Shown piece by piece: positions 16,548 to 28,069 of a DNA stretch of 64,000 nt. Both the position numbers and the translations under genes were made by a program. Numbering within the stretch: the stretch's first letter is position 1; every line of letters starts with the position of its first letter. The stretch is from NCBI GenBank assembly GCA_964501365.1, contig CAZCST010000030.1, positions 132,153 to 196,152 of the forward strand, written 5' to 3'. The DNA is from an uncultured Phycisphaera sp. Its GTDB lineage: Bacteria; Planctomycetota; Phycisphaerae; UBA1845. Below the pieces are notes generated by a model. The model was not told the DNA's origin and searched no databases. It worked only from the letters and a program-made list of their open reading frames with translations.

Positions 16548-17972
16548 TCAGGTGAACATCTTCATCTGCCCGCGTTCGAGGGCAAATTTTTCGACGGGCT
16601 CATCGACGTTCACCGGATAATTGCCGGAGAAGCACGCCGTACAGTATTTTTCAGGCGGCATCTTCACGCACGAGAGCATCCCCTCCAGCGAAATGTAATG
16701 AAGAGAATCGACGCCCAGAAACGCGCGGACTTCATCCACCGATCGGTTGTGGGCGATCAGCTCTTTTTGATTCGGAAAGTCGATGCCGAAATAGCACGGG
16801 TGCCGGATGGGCGGGCTGGCAATTCGCAAATGAATCTCTTTCGCACCCGCCTCGCGCAGCGCCCCGATCTTGATCCGCGTCGTCGTGCCGCGCACGATGG
16901 AATCTTCGACAACCACCAGCCGCTTGCCGGCAACGGCCTCCTTGATCACGTTAAGCTTCATTTTTACCGCAGAATCGCGACCCGATTGCGTGGGCATGAT
17001 GAAGGAACGCAGCGCGTAATGGCTGGTCGTGAATCCGCGGCCATAGGGAATGCGGCTCTCGTTGGAATAACCCACCGCCGCGCATTGACCCGAAGTCGGA
17101 ATCGGAACAACCAGATCGGCCTTCGCCGGCGCTTCACGCGCGAGTTGTTGCCCCATCGCAACGCGCACCATGTGCACATTTTCACCGAAGACCAGGCTCG
17201 ATGGATCGGCAAAATAGATTTGCTCAAAAATGCACGCCGCCCCGCGACCGTTCAATTCCCCCCCGAAGTGACGGCTCCGAACTCCTTCGTCATCAATCGT
17301 GACGATCTCGCCGGGCTCAACGTCACGCTCGTATGTGGCGTTGATCATGTCGAAGGCCTTGGTCTCCGATGCCACCACCACCGACCCGCATTCCATCCGC
17401 CCCAGACACAGCGGCCTGAACCCCAGCGGATCTCGCACCGCCACCATGCGATCGGGAAATAGCAGCAGCAGTGAATACGCTCCCTGCAAGTGGTTCAGCA
17501 CATGGGTAAGAGGGTTTTCCTTTGTCTGATGGGCCGGCTTGGCCAGCAAATGAATGATGACCTCGGTGTCGCTGGTGGTCTGAAAAATGTGGCCGACTTC
17601 TTCGTAGTTGCGACGAAGCAGCGCCGCATTGATCAGGTTGCCATTGTGCGCAATCGCCACCTGTCCGCCTGCAAACGAAAACAATAATGGTTGAGCGTTG
17701 GCTTCGCTGCACGAGCCGGTGGTCGAATAGCGGCAATGGCCGATCGCCACGCGGCCCCGAATGCTGTCCAGCTTTCGCCGGTCAAATACCTCGTTGACCA
17801 GCCCCAGCCCGGCGATGCGTTGAAGGTCCTGTCCGTTGGAGGAAACAATGCCCGCCGCCTCCTGCCCGCGATGCTGCAGCGCATAGAGGCCAAGCTGCGT
17901 CAGGGCCACGGCATCTTCATGCCCCCACACGCCAAACAAGGCGCAGTTGTGTCGGATGGATATGCTTTCCAA
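16548..17972 (-). CDS. purF: Amidophosphoribosyltransferase
   Basis: Ntn-glutaminase Cys in HNCALFGVWG after a short propeptide. PRTase motif VVVEDSIVRGTT. C-terminal Cys cluster (CYFGIDFP, CTACFSGNYP). TTG start per the ORF track. Confidence 0.9.
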   Translation of the reverse strand: MESISIRHNCALFGVWGHEDAVALTQLGLYALQHRGQEAAGIVSSNGQDLQRIAGLGLVNEVFDRRKLDSIRGRVAIGHCRYSTTGSCSEANAQPLLFSFAGGQVAIAHNGNLINAALLRRNYEEVGHIFQTTSDTEVIIHLLAKPAHQTKENPLTHVLNHLQGAYSLLLLFPDRMVAVRDPLGFRPLCLGRMECGSVVVASETKAFDMINATYERDVEPGEIVTIDDEGVRSRHFGGELNGRGAACIFEQIYFADPSSLVFGENVHMVRVAMGQQLAREAPAKADLVVPIPTSGQCAAVGYSNESRIPYGRGFTTSHYALRSFIMPTQSGRDSAVKMKLNVIKEAVAGKRLVVVEDSIVRGTTTRIKIGALREAGAKEIHLRIASPPIRHPCYFGIDFPNQKELIAHNRSVDEVRAFLGVDSLHYISLEGMLSCVKMPPEKYCTACFSGNYPVNVDEPVEKFALERGQMKMFT

Positions 17973-18211
17973 GGTTGTGTGGTTGGTCGATGGTTACCGC
18001 CGTCGCAACCAGGCCCGCCGTGGACTGACGTTGCTGGAATGGCTAAACAAGTTGCAGCAGCGATCGACCATTGGAGTGTAGTTGATTTTTCACGTCCGGT
18101 CAACGAACCCGCCGTTCACGGGATTCCCTTTATTCATGTCAGCGGACCAGAAAAGTTCGATTTTCAACCCATCGGTGCGATGAATTTGCACACTGATCGA
18201 CCGGGTGAAGG

Positions 18212-18418
18212 TCACGTTTTTCCATCATCGTCCGGTGGATTCATCTCGGTTGCTTGATCCTGGGCATCCGGAAGGGGCTCGGTAATACTGTACGTTCCGT
18301 CAAGCCAGCGTCCCAGGTCGACCAGCTTGCAGCGCTTGGAACAGAAGGGCCGGAACGGGGCTTCCTCCTTGCGCTCGACGCTGATTTCCTTTCCGCAGGT
18401 TGGACAGACTAAGTTCAA
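18212..18418 (-). CDS. yacG: DNA gyrase inhibitor YacG-type zinc finger protein
   Basis: CPTCGKEI...[20 protein letters not shown]. The only in-frame start is TTG at 18418, which lies inside a TTGAAC word array. Confidence 0.7.
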   Translation of the reverse strand: MNLVCPTCGKEISVERKEEAPFRPFCSKRCKLVDLGRWLDGTYSITEPLPDAQDQATEMNPPDDDGKT

Positions 18419-18440
18419 GATTCAATGTTCAAAGTTCAAA
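18413..18440 (-). repeat. Period-7 word array (+ strand GTTCAAG|ATTCAAT|GTTCAAA|GTTCAAA; minus strand TTTGAAC-type)
   Basis: Direct reading. One more GTTCAAA lies at 18451-18457. It is the reverse complement of the TTGAAC words seen at 13637, 22894, 25445 and 29135. Confidence 0.8.
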
Positions 18441-18514
18441 AAATGCCAACGTTCAAAGAGGCATCAAGGCAGGAACGCAATGAGAACAATTGCCATGGTA
18501 CCACATCACTACTT

Positions 18515-18898
18515 CTAGTCCGCTTTTGGCTTGGGCTTCTTCTTCACCGATTTCTCGGGTTTCGATGTTGCGCCTGTCGTCGCGGCGGGCTTTGTGTCCG
18601 ACTTCGTGTCCGATGATTTCGATTCGCCTGATTTGGTATCGCCGCCCTTTGCCTCACCGGCACCGCTGTCGGCCTTGGCCGCCTCCTTGTAACTCTCGCT
18701 GCGATAGTCGGTAAGATAAAACCCCGATCCCTTGAAAATCAGTCCGCCACCCGTCGAAATCCTTCTCGAAACGGCGGCGTTGCACTTGCACGGTTTCGGG
18801 TCAGTGCTGCGCAGTTTCTTCCTGGGTGCTTCGGTGATGGGCTGAAAAAGTTCAAACACCTTTCCGCATTTCGTGCATTCATATTCATACGTCGGCAT
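18515..18898 (-). CDS. FmdB-family zinc-ribbon protein with a Lys/Ser-rich C-terminal tail
   Basis: MPTYEYECTKCGKVFELFQ...CKCNAAV is the CxxC..CxC FmdB signature, followed by a low-complexity basic tail. Confidence 0.7.
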   Translation of the reverse strand: MPTYEYECTKCGKVFELFQPITEAPRKKLRSTDPKPCKCNAAVSRRISTGGGLIFKGSGFYLTDYRSESYKEAAKADSGAGEAKGGDTKSGESKSSDTKSDTKPAATTGATSKPEKSVKKKPKPKAD

Positions 18899-18983
18899 TC
18901 AACATCTCCCGACACGTTCGAGCCACAAACCTGTGTTCGCGCAGCCCATCATCCTGAGCGCAGCGAAGGATCTCACTTCCTGG

Positions 18984-19529
18984 TCAACCAGCATCCGGCG
19001 CCTTGGACACAATCACCCGCGCCGGTCGCAACACGCGCTCGCGGAGCCTGTACCCCCGCGTCACCTGCTCGATCACATTCCCCGGCGGCACTGTTTCGGA
19101 CGGCTGATGCATCAAGGCCTCATGAATCGTCGGATCGAATTTCTCATGGGCAGCTTCGATCGGCTCCAGCCCAAACTCCTGAAGCGCCTTGGCGAGGTTG
19201 GCATGAACCAGCCGCGTCCCTTCGAGGATCGACTTGTCGGTCGCCCCCGTCGCTTCGAACGCCCGATCGAAATCCTCCAACACGGGGATCAACGCCCGCA
19301 TCAATTGTGCATTGGCAAAACGGATGGCCTCGTTTTTCTCAGCCGCCGCCCGGCGCTGAATATTTTGAGACTCGGCTTTGGCCCGCAGCAGCGCATCCTC
19401 CAGAGAATCGACCTTGGCTTGCAGCTGCGCCACAGGGTCCCCCGACCCCGAAAGTGGACTGTCCTGCACACCTTGTTCATTCAACTGATCGTTCATGTCC
19501 GTTTGCGTCGTTCCCGTATCCTTTTTCAT
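18984..19529 (-). CDS. grpE: Nucleotide exchange factor GrpE
   Basis: N-terminal coiled coil and a conserved C-terminus FDPTIHEALMHQPSETVPPGNVIEQVTRGYRLRERVLRPARV. Confidence 0.9.
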   Translation of the reverse strand: MKKDTGTTQTDMNDQLNEQGVQDSPLSGSGDPVAQLQAKVDSLEDALLRAKAESQNIQRRAAAEKNEAIRFANAQLMRALIPVLEDFDRAFEATGATDKSILEGTRLVHANLAKALQEFGLEPIEAAHEKFDPTIHEALMHQPSETVPPGNVIEQVTRGYRLRERVLRPARVIVSKAPDAG

Positions 19530-19576
19530 GACTGACCTCCTGTTGGCAAATGCCTCCAGAGGAAAAATTGCTCATC

Positions 19577-20716
19577 CTAGGATTTTTGGTCTCCGGGGCT
19601 GAGATAGTCCATAAGCTTGTCAAAAAAACCTCGAGATTCGGGCATGACTTCCAGGTCCTCTGTCTTGGCAAATTCACGAAGTAGCGTCTCCTGGGCCTTG
19701 CTCATGCTCTTGGGAATCTCCACGAGCACCTGCACAAGCTCTTCGCCCTTTCGCCCGCTCCGCAAATCCGGCAGGCCCTGACCGCCGAGCCGGAACAGTT
19801 GCCCGTGCTGTGTTCCCGGTGGAATCTTCAACTCGGCCTTGCCAGTGAGAGTCGGAGCCTCAACTACAGCGCCCAGTGCCGCCTGCGTAAAGCTGATGGG
19901 CATGCGGCAGACCAGATCGTTGTCATGCCGTTCCAGAAACGGATGCGGCTCGATCCGAACCAGACAGTGCAAATCGCCGCGGTCGGCTACATTTTCCCCC
20001 GGCTCGCCTTCGCCGCGAACGCGAACCGCCTGGCCCTCATGAATGCCCGCCGGAATCCGCACGGATACAATGCGTTCGCCGACCACCCGCCCCCGCCCCT
20101 TGCACTTGTCGCACGGTGTAACGATCGTAGAACCTCGCCCGCGACACGCTGGGCACGCCGTCACCACACGGCCAAACAGACCGGCCAGCCCGCCGCTTTG
20201 CTCGACCTGACCATACCCGCCGCAAGTCCGGCAGGTCTTTCGATCCGATCCCGGCGCAGCGCCAGTGCCCCCGCAAGTCCCGCAATGGTCCTGCCGCTCA
20301 AATTCAATCTGTCGCTCGGTACCGGCCGCAACTTCTGCAAGCGTAATCGTTACTTCGGTTTGCAGATCGCTTCCGCGTGTCCGACCCCCGCCACCCCGGC
20401 CAAACGCTCCGCCAAAAATGTCGTCGAACATCGAAAAGATGTCATCGACGCGCATATGCGAATAGTCAGTCCGGCTCGTCCCGTTCAGCCCGGCGTGGCC
20501 GTATTGGTCATATCGTTGGCGCAGCGCCGGATCGGAGAGCACCTGATACGCCTCCGAAGCCTCCTTGAACTTCAGTTCGGCGTCTGCCTCCGAATTGCGG
20601 TCCGGATGAAACTTGTGGGCGGCCCGGCGGTACGCCTTTTTGAGCTCATCGGGTGACGCATTCCGCTCCACCGCCAGCACTTCGTAAAAATCACGTTTCG
20701 CCGCTGCCACACTCAT
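19577..20716 (-). CDS. dnaJ: Molecular chaperone DnaJ
   Basis: J domain with HPD (KFHPDRN), a Gly-rich linker, and four CxxCxGxG repeats (CGTCGGTG, CRTCGGYG, CPACRGRG, CDKCKGRG). Confidence 0.92.
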   Translation of the reverse strand: MSVAAAKRDFYEVLAVERNASPDELKKAYRRAAHKFHPDRNSEADAELKFKEASEAYQVLSDPALRQRYDQYGHAGLNGTSRTDYSHMRVDDIFSMFDDIFGGAFGRGGGGRTRGSDLQTEVTITLAEVAAGTERQIEFERQDHCGTCGGTGAAPGSDRKTCRTCGGYGQVEQSGGLAGLFGRVVTACPACRGRGSTIVTPCDKCKGRGRVVGERIVSVRIPAGIHEGQAVRVRGEGEPGENVADRGDLHCLVRIEPHPFLERHDNDLVCRMPISFTQAALGAVVEAPTLTGKAELKIPPGTQHGQLFRLGGQGLPDLRSGRKGEELVQVLVEIPKSMSKAQETLLREFAKTEDLEVMPESRGFFDKLMDYLSPGDQKS

Positions 20717-20723
20717 TCCTAAC

Positions 20724-20774
20724 GTGCCACCGCTGTGTCAGCGGTGAAATCCACTGACTGTAAGGCAGTGGCAC
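20724..20774 (-). promoter_or_regulatory. Structured dnaJ 5' leader: two adjacent hairpins plus a mutually exclusive outer stem
   Basis: On the minus strand, ccactg-ccttacagt-cagtgg (20751-20771) and caccgctg-aca-cagcggtg (20728-20746). The outer GTGCCAC/GTGGCAC pair (20768-20774 with 20724-20730) overlaps both hairpins. The element ends 7 nt before the ATG, next to a TAGGA Shine-Dalgarno-like sequence. Confidence 0.4.
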
Positions 20775-20791
20775 AAACATATCGAATAGAA

Positions 20792-20828
20792 AGGGCGGGC
20801 GACATTGCACCCGCCCTTGCATTGCATC
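20792..20828 (-). terminator. Candidate intrinsic terminator after groEL (20851-22464)
   Basis: On the minus strand, AGGGCGGG-tgcaatgtcg-CCCGCCCT followed by TTCTATTC. It begins about 25 nt after the stop codon. Confidence 0.5.
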
Positions 20829-20850
20829 AAGTCATCGAGCCCATCGCTCT

Positions 20851-22464
<1,614 letters not shown>

Positions 22465-22500
22465 AGGAAACTCCAAGTGCCAAGTTGGTAGTGGATCAAA

Positions 22501-22540
22501 TTACCACATTACCAAGTTACAAAGTTACCAAATTACTTAT
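22501..22540 (+). repeat. Period-8 word array TTACCACA|TTACCAAG|TTACAAAG|TTACCAAA|TTACTTAT
   Basis: Direct reading. It fills the groES-groEL spacer, and the last unit contains the groES stop codon (22533-22535). Confidence 0.8.
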
Positions 22541-22862
22541 CCACCACCGCAAGCACGTCGCTCTCTCGAATCACTACATACGTCTCTGAACCCAGATCAA
22601 CTTCCGTGCCCGAATACTTGCCGTAGACGACCTCATCGCCCACGCGGAGGTTCATTTCCGCCCGCTTGCCGCTCTTGAGCGACTTGCCGGGACCGACCGC
22701 CAGAACCTTGCCGCGCTGTGGCTTTTCCTTGGCCGTGTCGGGCAAAATGATCCCGCCCGCCGTCCGCTCGGTCGCCTCAAGAGGCTGGATGAGTACGCGA
22801 TCCTCCAACGGGTGAAACTTCACCTTCGTTCTGCTCGGTGCTGTAGCTGTTGCCGTCGCCAT
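22533..22862 (-). CDS. groES: Co-chaperonin GroES (Cpn10)
   Basis: KFHPLEDRVLIQPLEATERTAGGIILPDTAKEKPQRGKVLAVGPG. AAGGAGAG Shine-Dalgarno upstream. Confidence 0.93.
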   Translation of the reverse strand: MATATATAPSRTKVKFHPLEDRVLIQPLEATERTAGGIILPDTAKEKPQRGKVLAVGPGKSLKSGKRAEMNLRVGDEVVYGKYSGTEVDLGSETYVVIRESDVLAVVDK

Positions 22863-22893
22863 TTTGATTGTCTCTCCTTCTGTTTATCGTTTC

Positions 22894-22928
22894 TTCGAAC
22901 TTCGAATTTTGAACTTCGAACTTCGTTT
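22894..22928 (+). repeat. Period-7 word array TTCGAAC|TTCGAAT|TTTGAAC|TTCGAAC|TTCGTTT
   Basis: Direct reading. It lies in the groEL-groES spacer, and the last unit overlaps the stop codon of the upstream groEL (22927-22929). Confidence 0.8.
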
Positions 22929-24561
22929 AGTAATCCATGTCCTCGTCCATGCCCGGAGGTGGAGTTTCGTCCTTGTCCTTCTTGGGCTTGTCCGTAATGC
23001 ATACTTCGGTGCTCAGCAGCACGCGGGCCACGCTGCTGGCGTTCTCCAGCGCCGACCGCACGACCTTGGTCGGATCGATCACGCCGTCCTTGATCAGGTC
23101 GGTGTACTCGCCGCTGTCTGCGTTGTAGCCAAACGAGCCTGACTTCTCCAGGACCCTGTGCACGACCACGCCGGGATTTACTCCCGCATTCGTCGCAATC
23201 TGCCGCAGCGGGGCGGAGAGCGCCTCGCGCACAATGTTCACGCCGGTCTGCTCATCGCCATCAAGGTCAAGCTTGTCCAGCACACTCATGCACCGTACCA
23301 ACGCCACTCCGCCGCCGGGAACAATCCCCTCTTCCAGGGCCGCGCGGGTCGCGTGCAGCGCATCCTCAATTCGCGCCTTCTTTTCCTTCAATTCCGTCTC
23401 GGTGGCGGCGCCGACGTTGATTTCTGCTACGCCGCCCACCAGCTTCGCCCGACGCTCCTCCAGCTTTTCGCGATCGTAATCCGAGGTCGTCGCCGCGATT
23501 TCCGCGGAAATCTGCTTGATTCGCCCCTGGATATCCTCGGTCGAGCCCGCACCCTCAATAATCGTCGTGTTATTCGCATCGACGATGATCTTCTTGGCCT
23601 GGCCGAGTTCCTTGATCGAAACTTTCTCAAGATCGAGCCCGAGGTCCTTCATGATCGGCGTCGCACCCGTGAGTTTCGCAATGTCTTCGAGCATGGCCTT
23701 GCGGCGGTCGCCATAGGCCGGCGCCTTCACCGCACACACGTCGAGAATGCCGCGAATCTTGTTCACTACCAGCGTCGCCAGCGCCTCGCCTTCAATGTCC
23801 TCGGCGAGAATCAGCAGCGGCCGCTTGGCCTTGGCTACCTTTTCGAGCAATGGGATCAGCTTCGGAACGCTGCTGATCTTGTCTTCATGAATAAGAATGA
23901 ACGCCTTGTTGAGCACGCATTCCATCGAGTTTTGATCGCTTACGAAATGCGGAGAGAGAAACCCGCGATCGAATTGCATGCCTTCGACCACTTCGATCGC
24001 AGTCTCGGACGTCTTGCCCTCCTCGACCGTGATCACGCCGTCTTTGCCGACCTTCTCGAAGCAATCTGCGAGGAGCTCGCCAATCTTCTGATCATTGTTC
24101 GCCGAAATCCGGGCGACGTTAACGATGTCGTCGCGCTTGTTCGCCTTCACAGGCCGTGATTGCTCCTTGAGAGCCTCGACGACCTTCGCGACCGCCTTCT
24201 GAATTCCGCGTGTCAGCGCGAACGCATCAGCACCTGCGGCGATGTTCTTCAAACCGTGTTGGAATAGCGCTTCCGCAAGGACCGTTGCCGTGGTCGTACC
24301 GTCGCCGGCGACCTCACTGGTCTTGCTGGCCGCCTGCTTTACGAGCTGAGCGCCGAGGTTTTCATATTTGTCTGAAAGTTCAACTTCTTCGGCCACCGTC
24401 ACCCCGTCCTTGGTGATCGTCGGCCCGCCCCAGCCCTTGTCGATGACCGCGTTGCGTCCGCGGGGACCAAGGGTAGCCTTGACCGCGCTGGCCAGCTTCT
24501 GTACGCCATTCCACAGCGACTGCCGTGCATCCTGCTCATAGGCCAATTGCTTGACCGCCAT
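22927..24561 (-). CDS. groEL: Chaperonin GroEL (Cpn60), paralog upstream of groES
   Basis: [38 protein letters not shown]. Acidic C-terminal tail [20 protein letters not shown] instead of GGM repeats. Confidence 0.93.
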   Translation of the reverse strand: MAVKQLAYEQDARQSLWNGVQKLASAVKATLGPRGRNAVIDKGWGGPTITKDGVTVAEEVELSDKYENLGAQLVKQAASKTSEVAGDGTTTATVLAEALFQHGLKNIAAGADAFALTRGIQKAVAKVVEALKEQSRPVKANKRDDIVNVARISANNDQKIGELLADCFEKVGKDGVITVEEGKTSETAIEVVEGMQFDRGFLSPHFVSDQNSMECVLNKAFILIHEDKISSVPKLIPLLEKVAKAKRPLLILAEDIEGEALATLVVNKIRGILDVCAVKAPAYGDRRKAMLEDIAKLTGATPIMKDLGLDLEKVSIKELGQAKKIIVDANNTTIIEGAGSTEDIQGRIKQISAEIAATTSDYDREKLEERRAKLVGGVAEINVGAATETELKEKKARIEDALHATRAALEEGIVPGGGVALVRCMSVLDKLDLDGDEQTGVNIVREALSAPLRQIATNAGVNPGVVVHRVLEKSGSFGYNADSGEYTDLIKDGVIDPTKVVRSALENASSVARVLLSTEVCITDKPKKDKDETPPPGMDEDMDY

Positions 24562-24970
24562 AGCTCTCTCCTTATGCCTTCAACTCGTCTAACGATTTAC
24601 TGGTTTTCTGATCGCCTCCCCCTTTTCAAGGGGAAACTTCGGGGGTCTCCGCGGTGAATCTGTTTCAATACGCTCACAGTTCAGGCGTACCCTCCGCATG
24701 GTTCTGCTTGCAATCTGCGAACCACTTGCTCAGCTGCATCCTAAGTACCCAAAAATAAATGAGTTGCGATCCAGCGACAACCTCAACCTCCCGCCCGCAT
24801 TTCTGCCAGCTTGGCAGCATGAATCCTCGATTCCGGTAACACGTGCCAAATTGACAGCGTTACGCCGCAAACCCATTTCATGGCCAGCCCCGGATCGATT
24901 TTGGCCAGTAATTGCCTCTTCACTATACTCCACGGCAACCAAATAATGGACTGGAAAGGAACTCAAAGAT

Positions 24971-25450
24971 ATGCCCGGCAAAAAGAACATCGATGACAAT
25001 CAACCGACGGTGACCCGCAAAGAGCTGATCGACCTGCTCAATGAGGACCTCGCCGGCGAGTATCAGGCCATTATTGCGTACATCGTGTATTCACAGGTGC
25101 TCAAGGGGGCACAGTACATGAGCATCGCCAAGGAACTCGAAATCCACGCCGGCGAGGAACTCCAACACGCCATCACCATCGCAAAGCAGATTGACTATCT
25201 CGGCGGAATGCCGAAGGTCACACCCAAGCCCGTCAAGACTTCGAAGAAACCCGAGGACATGCTGCGCTTTGATCTTGAGAACGAGAACGAAACCGTCCGC
25301 AACTACCGCAAACGAGTCAAGCAATGTGAATCTCTGGGCGAATATGCGATGGCCGAACACATCCGCGAGATCCTCATCCAGGAACAGGAACACCAGATCG
25401 ACCTCGCCACCGCACTGGGCATCGAAGTCCCCGACGTCTCCGACCCTTGA
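24971..25450 (+). CDS. Bacterioferritin-family (ferritin-like di-iron) protein
   Basis: LIDLLNEDLAGEYQAIIAYIVYSQ...ELEIHAGEELQHAITIAKQIDYLGGMP...EQEHQIDL shows ExxH di-iron motifs in a four-helix pattern. Confidence 0.65.
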   Translation: MPGKKNIDDNQPTVTRKELIDLLNEDLAGEYQAIIAYIVYSQVLKGAQYMSIAKELEIHAGEELQHAITIAKQIDYLGGMPKVTPKPVKTSKKPEDMLRFDLENENETVRNYRKRVKQCESLGEYAMAEHIREILIQEQEHQIDLATALGIEVPDVSDP

Positions 25451-25476
25451 ACCCTAGAACTCTTGATCTCTTGAAC
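25445..25476 (+). repeat. Period-8 word array CCTTGAAC|CCTAGAAC|TCTTGATC|TCTTGAAC
   Basis: Direct reading. The first unit contains the stop codon of the ferritin-like gene (TGA 25448-25450). Confidence 0.8.
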
Positions 25477-25499
25477 CCGTTGGTCGCAAACGTGTCGGA

Positions 25500-26243
25500 C
25501 TATCTTGGGACGATGCCCGGGGCATTTCTTGTTCCGACGCGGCGGTGGATAAGCAATGACGCGGTGACGAATAATGCCGTCGCCAGAAAGCCCAAACCGT
25601 AGTCGCCTAGCGCAGGCACATTGGTTCCAGTCAAGAGGCGCAGTTGCATGCCATTGCACACCGCCCCCACGGCTTCGCCCGCACCAGAATTCAATCCCGA
25701 ATGCGGACCCATGAATCCGCTCGCGTCCACCGTTACGATATGGCGTGCGTAGGTCACTCCGTGCAATTGCTGTCCAGGCCATGCTCCACCCGAAAGCTCG
25801 ACGCCAGGAGTATGATCCACGAACGACTTTGCGGTAAGCGACGGATTGCTGGGTCGCCACGCATATGTTGTCAGTTCATACATGCCAGGCGTTAGTCCGT
25901 TGAAGTAGAAACACGAATCGACGCCGAAGGTGTGTGTGATGATTCCGTCGTTCATCAGCGTCGCATCGTTACCGTTGACGCTTGGATCGCTGCCGGTAAG
26001 CACGCCCACCGCCCCGCTCTGTGAGAAATGCACACTCGTGAGAATTCCGGAAAGATCCTTGAGCACGTAATCCGTTCCGCCGGTCGCCGGAATCTTATTC
26101 CAGAATCCGCTCTGACCTGCCGCCCCATAGTTGGACGGCGGCCCCGCGCCCGGCTGACCGAAATCGATATTGAACGATTGCGCCCTGGCTTGGGAAACGA
26201 CCAGCAAAACAGACAACGCGATGCAACACCGTAATCGATTCAT
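25500..26243 (-). CDS. Secreted hypothetical protein with a PEP-CTERM-like C-terminal anchor (VPAL variant)
   Basis: Signal peptide MNRLRCCIALSVLLVVSQARAQ. The C-terminus VPALGDYGLGFLATALFVTASLLIHRR has a short motif, a TM helix and basic residues. Confidence 0.5.
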   Translation of the reverse strand: MNRLRCCIALSVLLVVSQARAQSFNIDFGQPGAGPPSNYGAAGQSGFWNKIPATGGTDYVLKDLSGILTSVHFSQSGAVGVLTGSDPSVNGNDATLMNDGIITHTFGVDSCFYFNGLTPGMYELTTYAWRPSNPSLTAKSFVDHTPGVELSGGAWPGQQLHGVTYARHIVTVDASGFMGPHSGLNSGAGEAVGAVCNGMQLRLLTGTNVPALGDYGLGFLATALFVTASLLIHRRVGTRNAPGIVPR

Positions 26244-26399
26244 TGGTGCATCCTTTCAAGCCTGACCTGCCATTTGACTATGCAATACCGTATCCGAATT
26301 ACCAAAGCAGATACAAGGGGCGGGTGGGTAGAGGTCGGCGGGGCCGAAACGGTCTGTCCATCCCGCAAACAGGCGGCGAAATGGCTGGCTTTGTATGTT

Positions 26400-27434
26400 C
26401 TAGAATCCTTCGGGAAGCTTAAAATCCGCGATGAAAATTTGCGAGTCAGGAAGTCCCCCGCGCTTGCTTGTCCACAACAATTTCTTCCCATCGGAACTGA
26501 ACACCGGAAGGCCATCAAATTCCGGATCAAATGTAATCCGAAGCGGCTCGCCCCCTTCAACCCTCATCAGGAAGAGGTCGTAGTTGGGCTTCCCGCCCCT
26601 TGCATAGGCCCCGTGGTCCGCCTGCGTGAAAATGAAACTCTTCCCCGACGGATAATAATACGGACACCAGTTGAAAATCGGGTTGTCAGTAATCGCCCGG
26701 TCGTTGCTGCCGTCGGCGTTCACCATTCGAATTTGCAAATTCTGCTTTCCATCATCGCGCCGATCGCCTCGGTACAAGATCATCTTTCCGTCGGGCGAAA
26801 AAAACGGCCCGCCGTCATACCCCTTGGCGTTCGTGAGCCGCTTCGGTGACGAGCCGTCAGCGTTCATGACATAAATCTCAAGATCGCCGTCTCGCTGCGA
26901 GGTAAACACAATCTGCTTGCCATCGGGCGAATACGAACCCTCCGCGTCATATCCTTTGGCGTCGGTCAATCGCTTGAGATGCGATCCATCGACATCCGCC
27001 TCAAAGATGTCCATGTATTCATTGAAATCCCATTCGTAGCCACGGCCCTGCCTGGGCGGTTTGGGCTTGTCCAAATCTGGATCAAGATGTGACGACGCAA
27101 AAACGATCTTCTTTCCGTCCGGCCGGTAAAACGAGCAAGTGCATGCCCCTTTGCCGGTGCTGACCATTTTGGGCGATTTGGAACCCAGCTCCAGGGTATA
27201 GATTTGGTAATCGTTTGCGCCGAGCCCTTCCTTTTTTGGCACGGCCTGGAAAATGATCGACTTCGCATCCGGCGAAAAGTAGGCCTCTCCGGCCTTGGAA
27301 AATCCCATCGTATCGAATGTGACCTGCTGAATGTTCGTAAGATACTTGGACTCGTCGGACATCTGCGCGGATGCATGCCCGATGAGGGCGTGCATCAAAA
27401 CCGGAACCAGAAACATCGTTGTGTGAATACGCAT
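26400..27434 (-). CDS. PD40/TolB-like beta-propeller repeat protein, secreted
   Basis: Repeats YFSPDAKSIIFQA, FYRPDGKKIVFAS, SYSPDGKQIVFTSQRDGDLEIYVMNADGS, FFSPDGKMILYRG, VFSSDGKKLLWTS. The ORF opens at 27569, but the signal peptide MRIHTTMFLVPVLMHALIGHASA starts at 27434. Confidence 0.75.
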   Translation of the reverse strand: MRIHTTMFLVPVLMHALIGHASAQMSDESKYLTNIQQVTFDTMGFSKAGEAYFSPDAKSIIFQAVPKKEGLGANDYQIYTLELGSKSPKMVSTGKGACTCSFYRPDGKKIVFASSHLDPDLDKPKPPRQGRGYEWDFNEYMDIFEADVDGSHLKRLTDAKGYDAEGSYSPDGKQIVFTSQRDGDLEIYVMNADGSSPKRLTNAKGYDGGPFFSPDGKMILYRGDRRDDGKQNLQIRMVNADGSNDRAITDNPIFNWCPYYYPSGKSFIFTQADHGAYARGGKPNYDLFLMRVEGGEPLRITFDPEFDGLPVFSSDGKKLLWTSKRGGLPDSQIFIADFKLPEGF

Positions 27435-27511
27435 TTCTACACCTGAAAAGGAGAAAATTGAATGCCCGTCCGATTTCCGCTGTTGTGGAACAAGTTGTGT
27501 CTGCGGCCCGC

Positions 27512-28069
<558 letters not shown>

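Noticed and set aside
17973-18211. Possible purine, ZTP or PRPP-type riboswitch in the 239-nt leader upstream of purF
   Set aside because: I reverse-complemented the leader and looked for the ZTP (GGGUCGUGAC...CCGCCUGGGC) and purine-riboswitch cores. Only a repeated ACGGCGGG word is present, with no convincing match. A cmscan would settle this, but I cannot support the claim.
16698-18257. ORFs 16698-17462 (+) and 17691-18257 (+)
   Set aside because: The first is antisense to purF. The second covers the purF 5' end and the leader, with no coding signature.
23158-24159. 333-aa ORF on the + strand
   Set aside because: It is antisense to the second groEL, with the same reasoning as above.
24562-24700. 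CIRCE operator or sigma-32 promoter upstream of the first groEL
   Set aside because: No TTAGCACTC-N9-GAGTGCTAA-like inverted repeat is present. A CTTGAAA word (minus strand, 24624-24630) resembles a sigma-32 -35 element, but no CCCCAT-like -10 follows at 13-17 nt.
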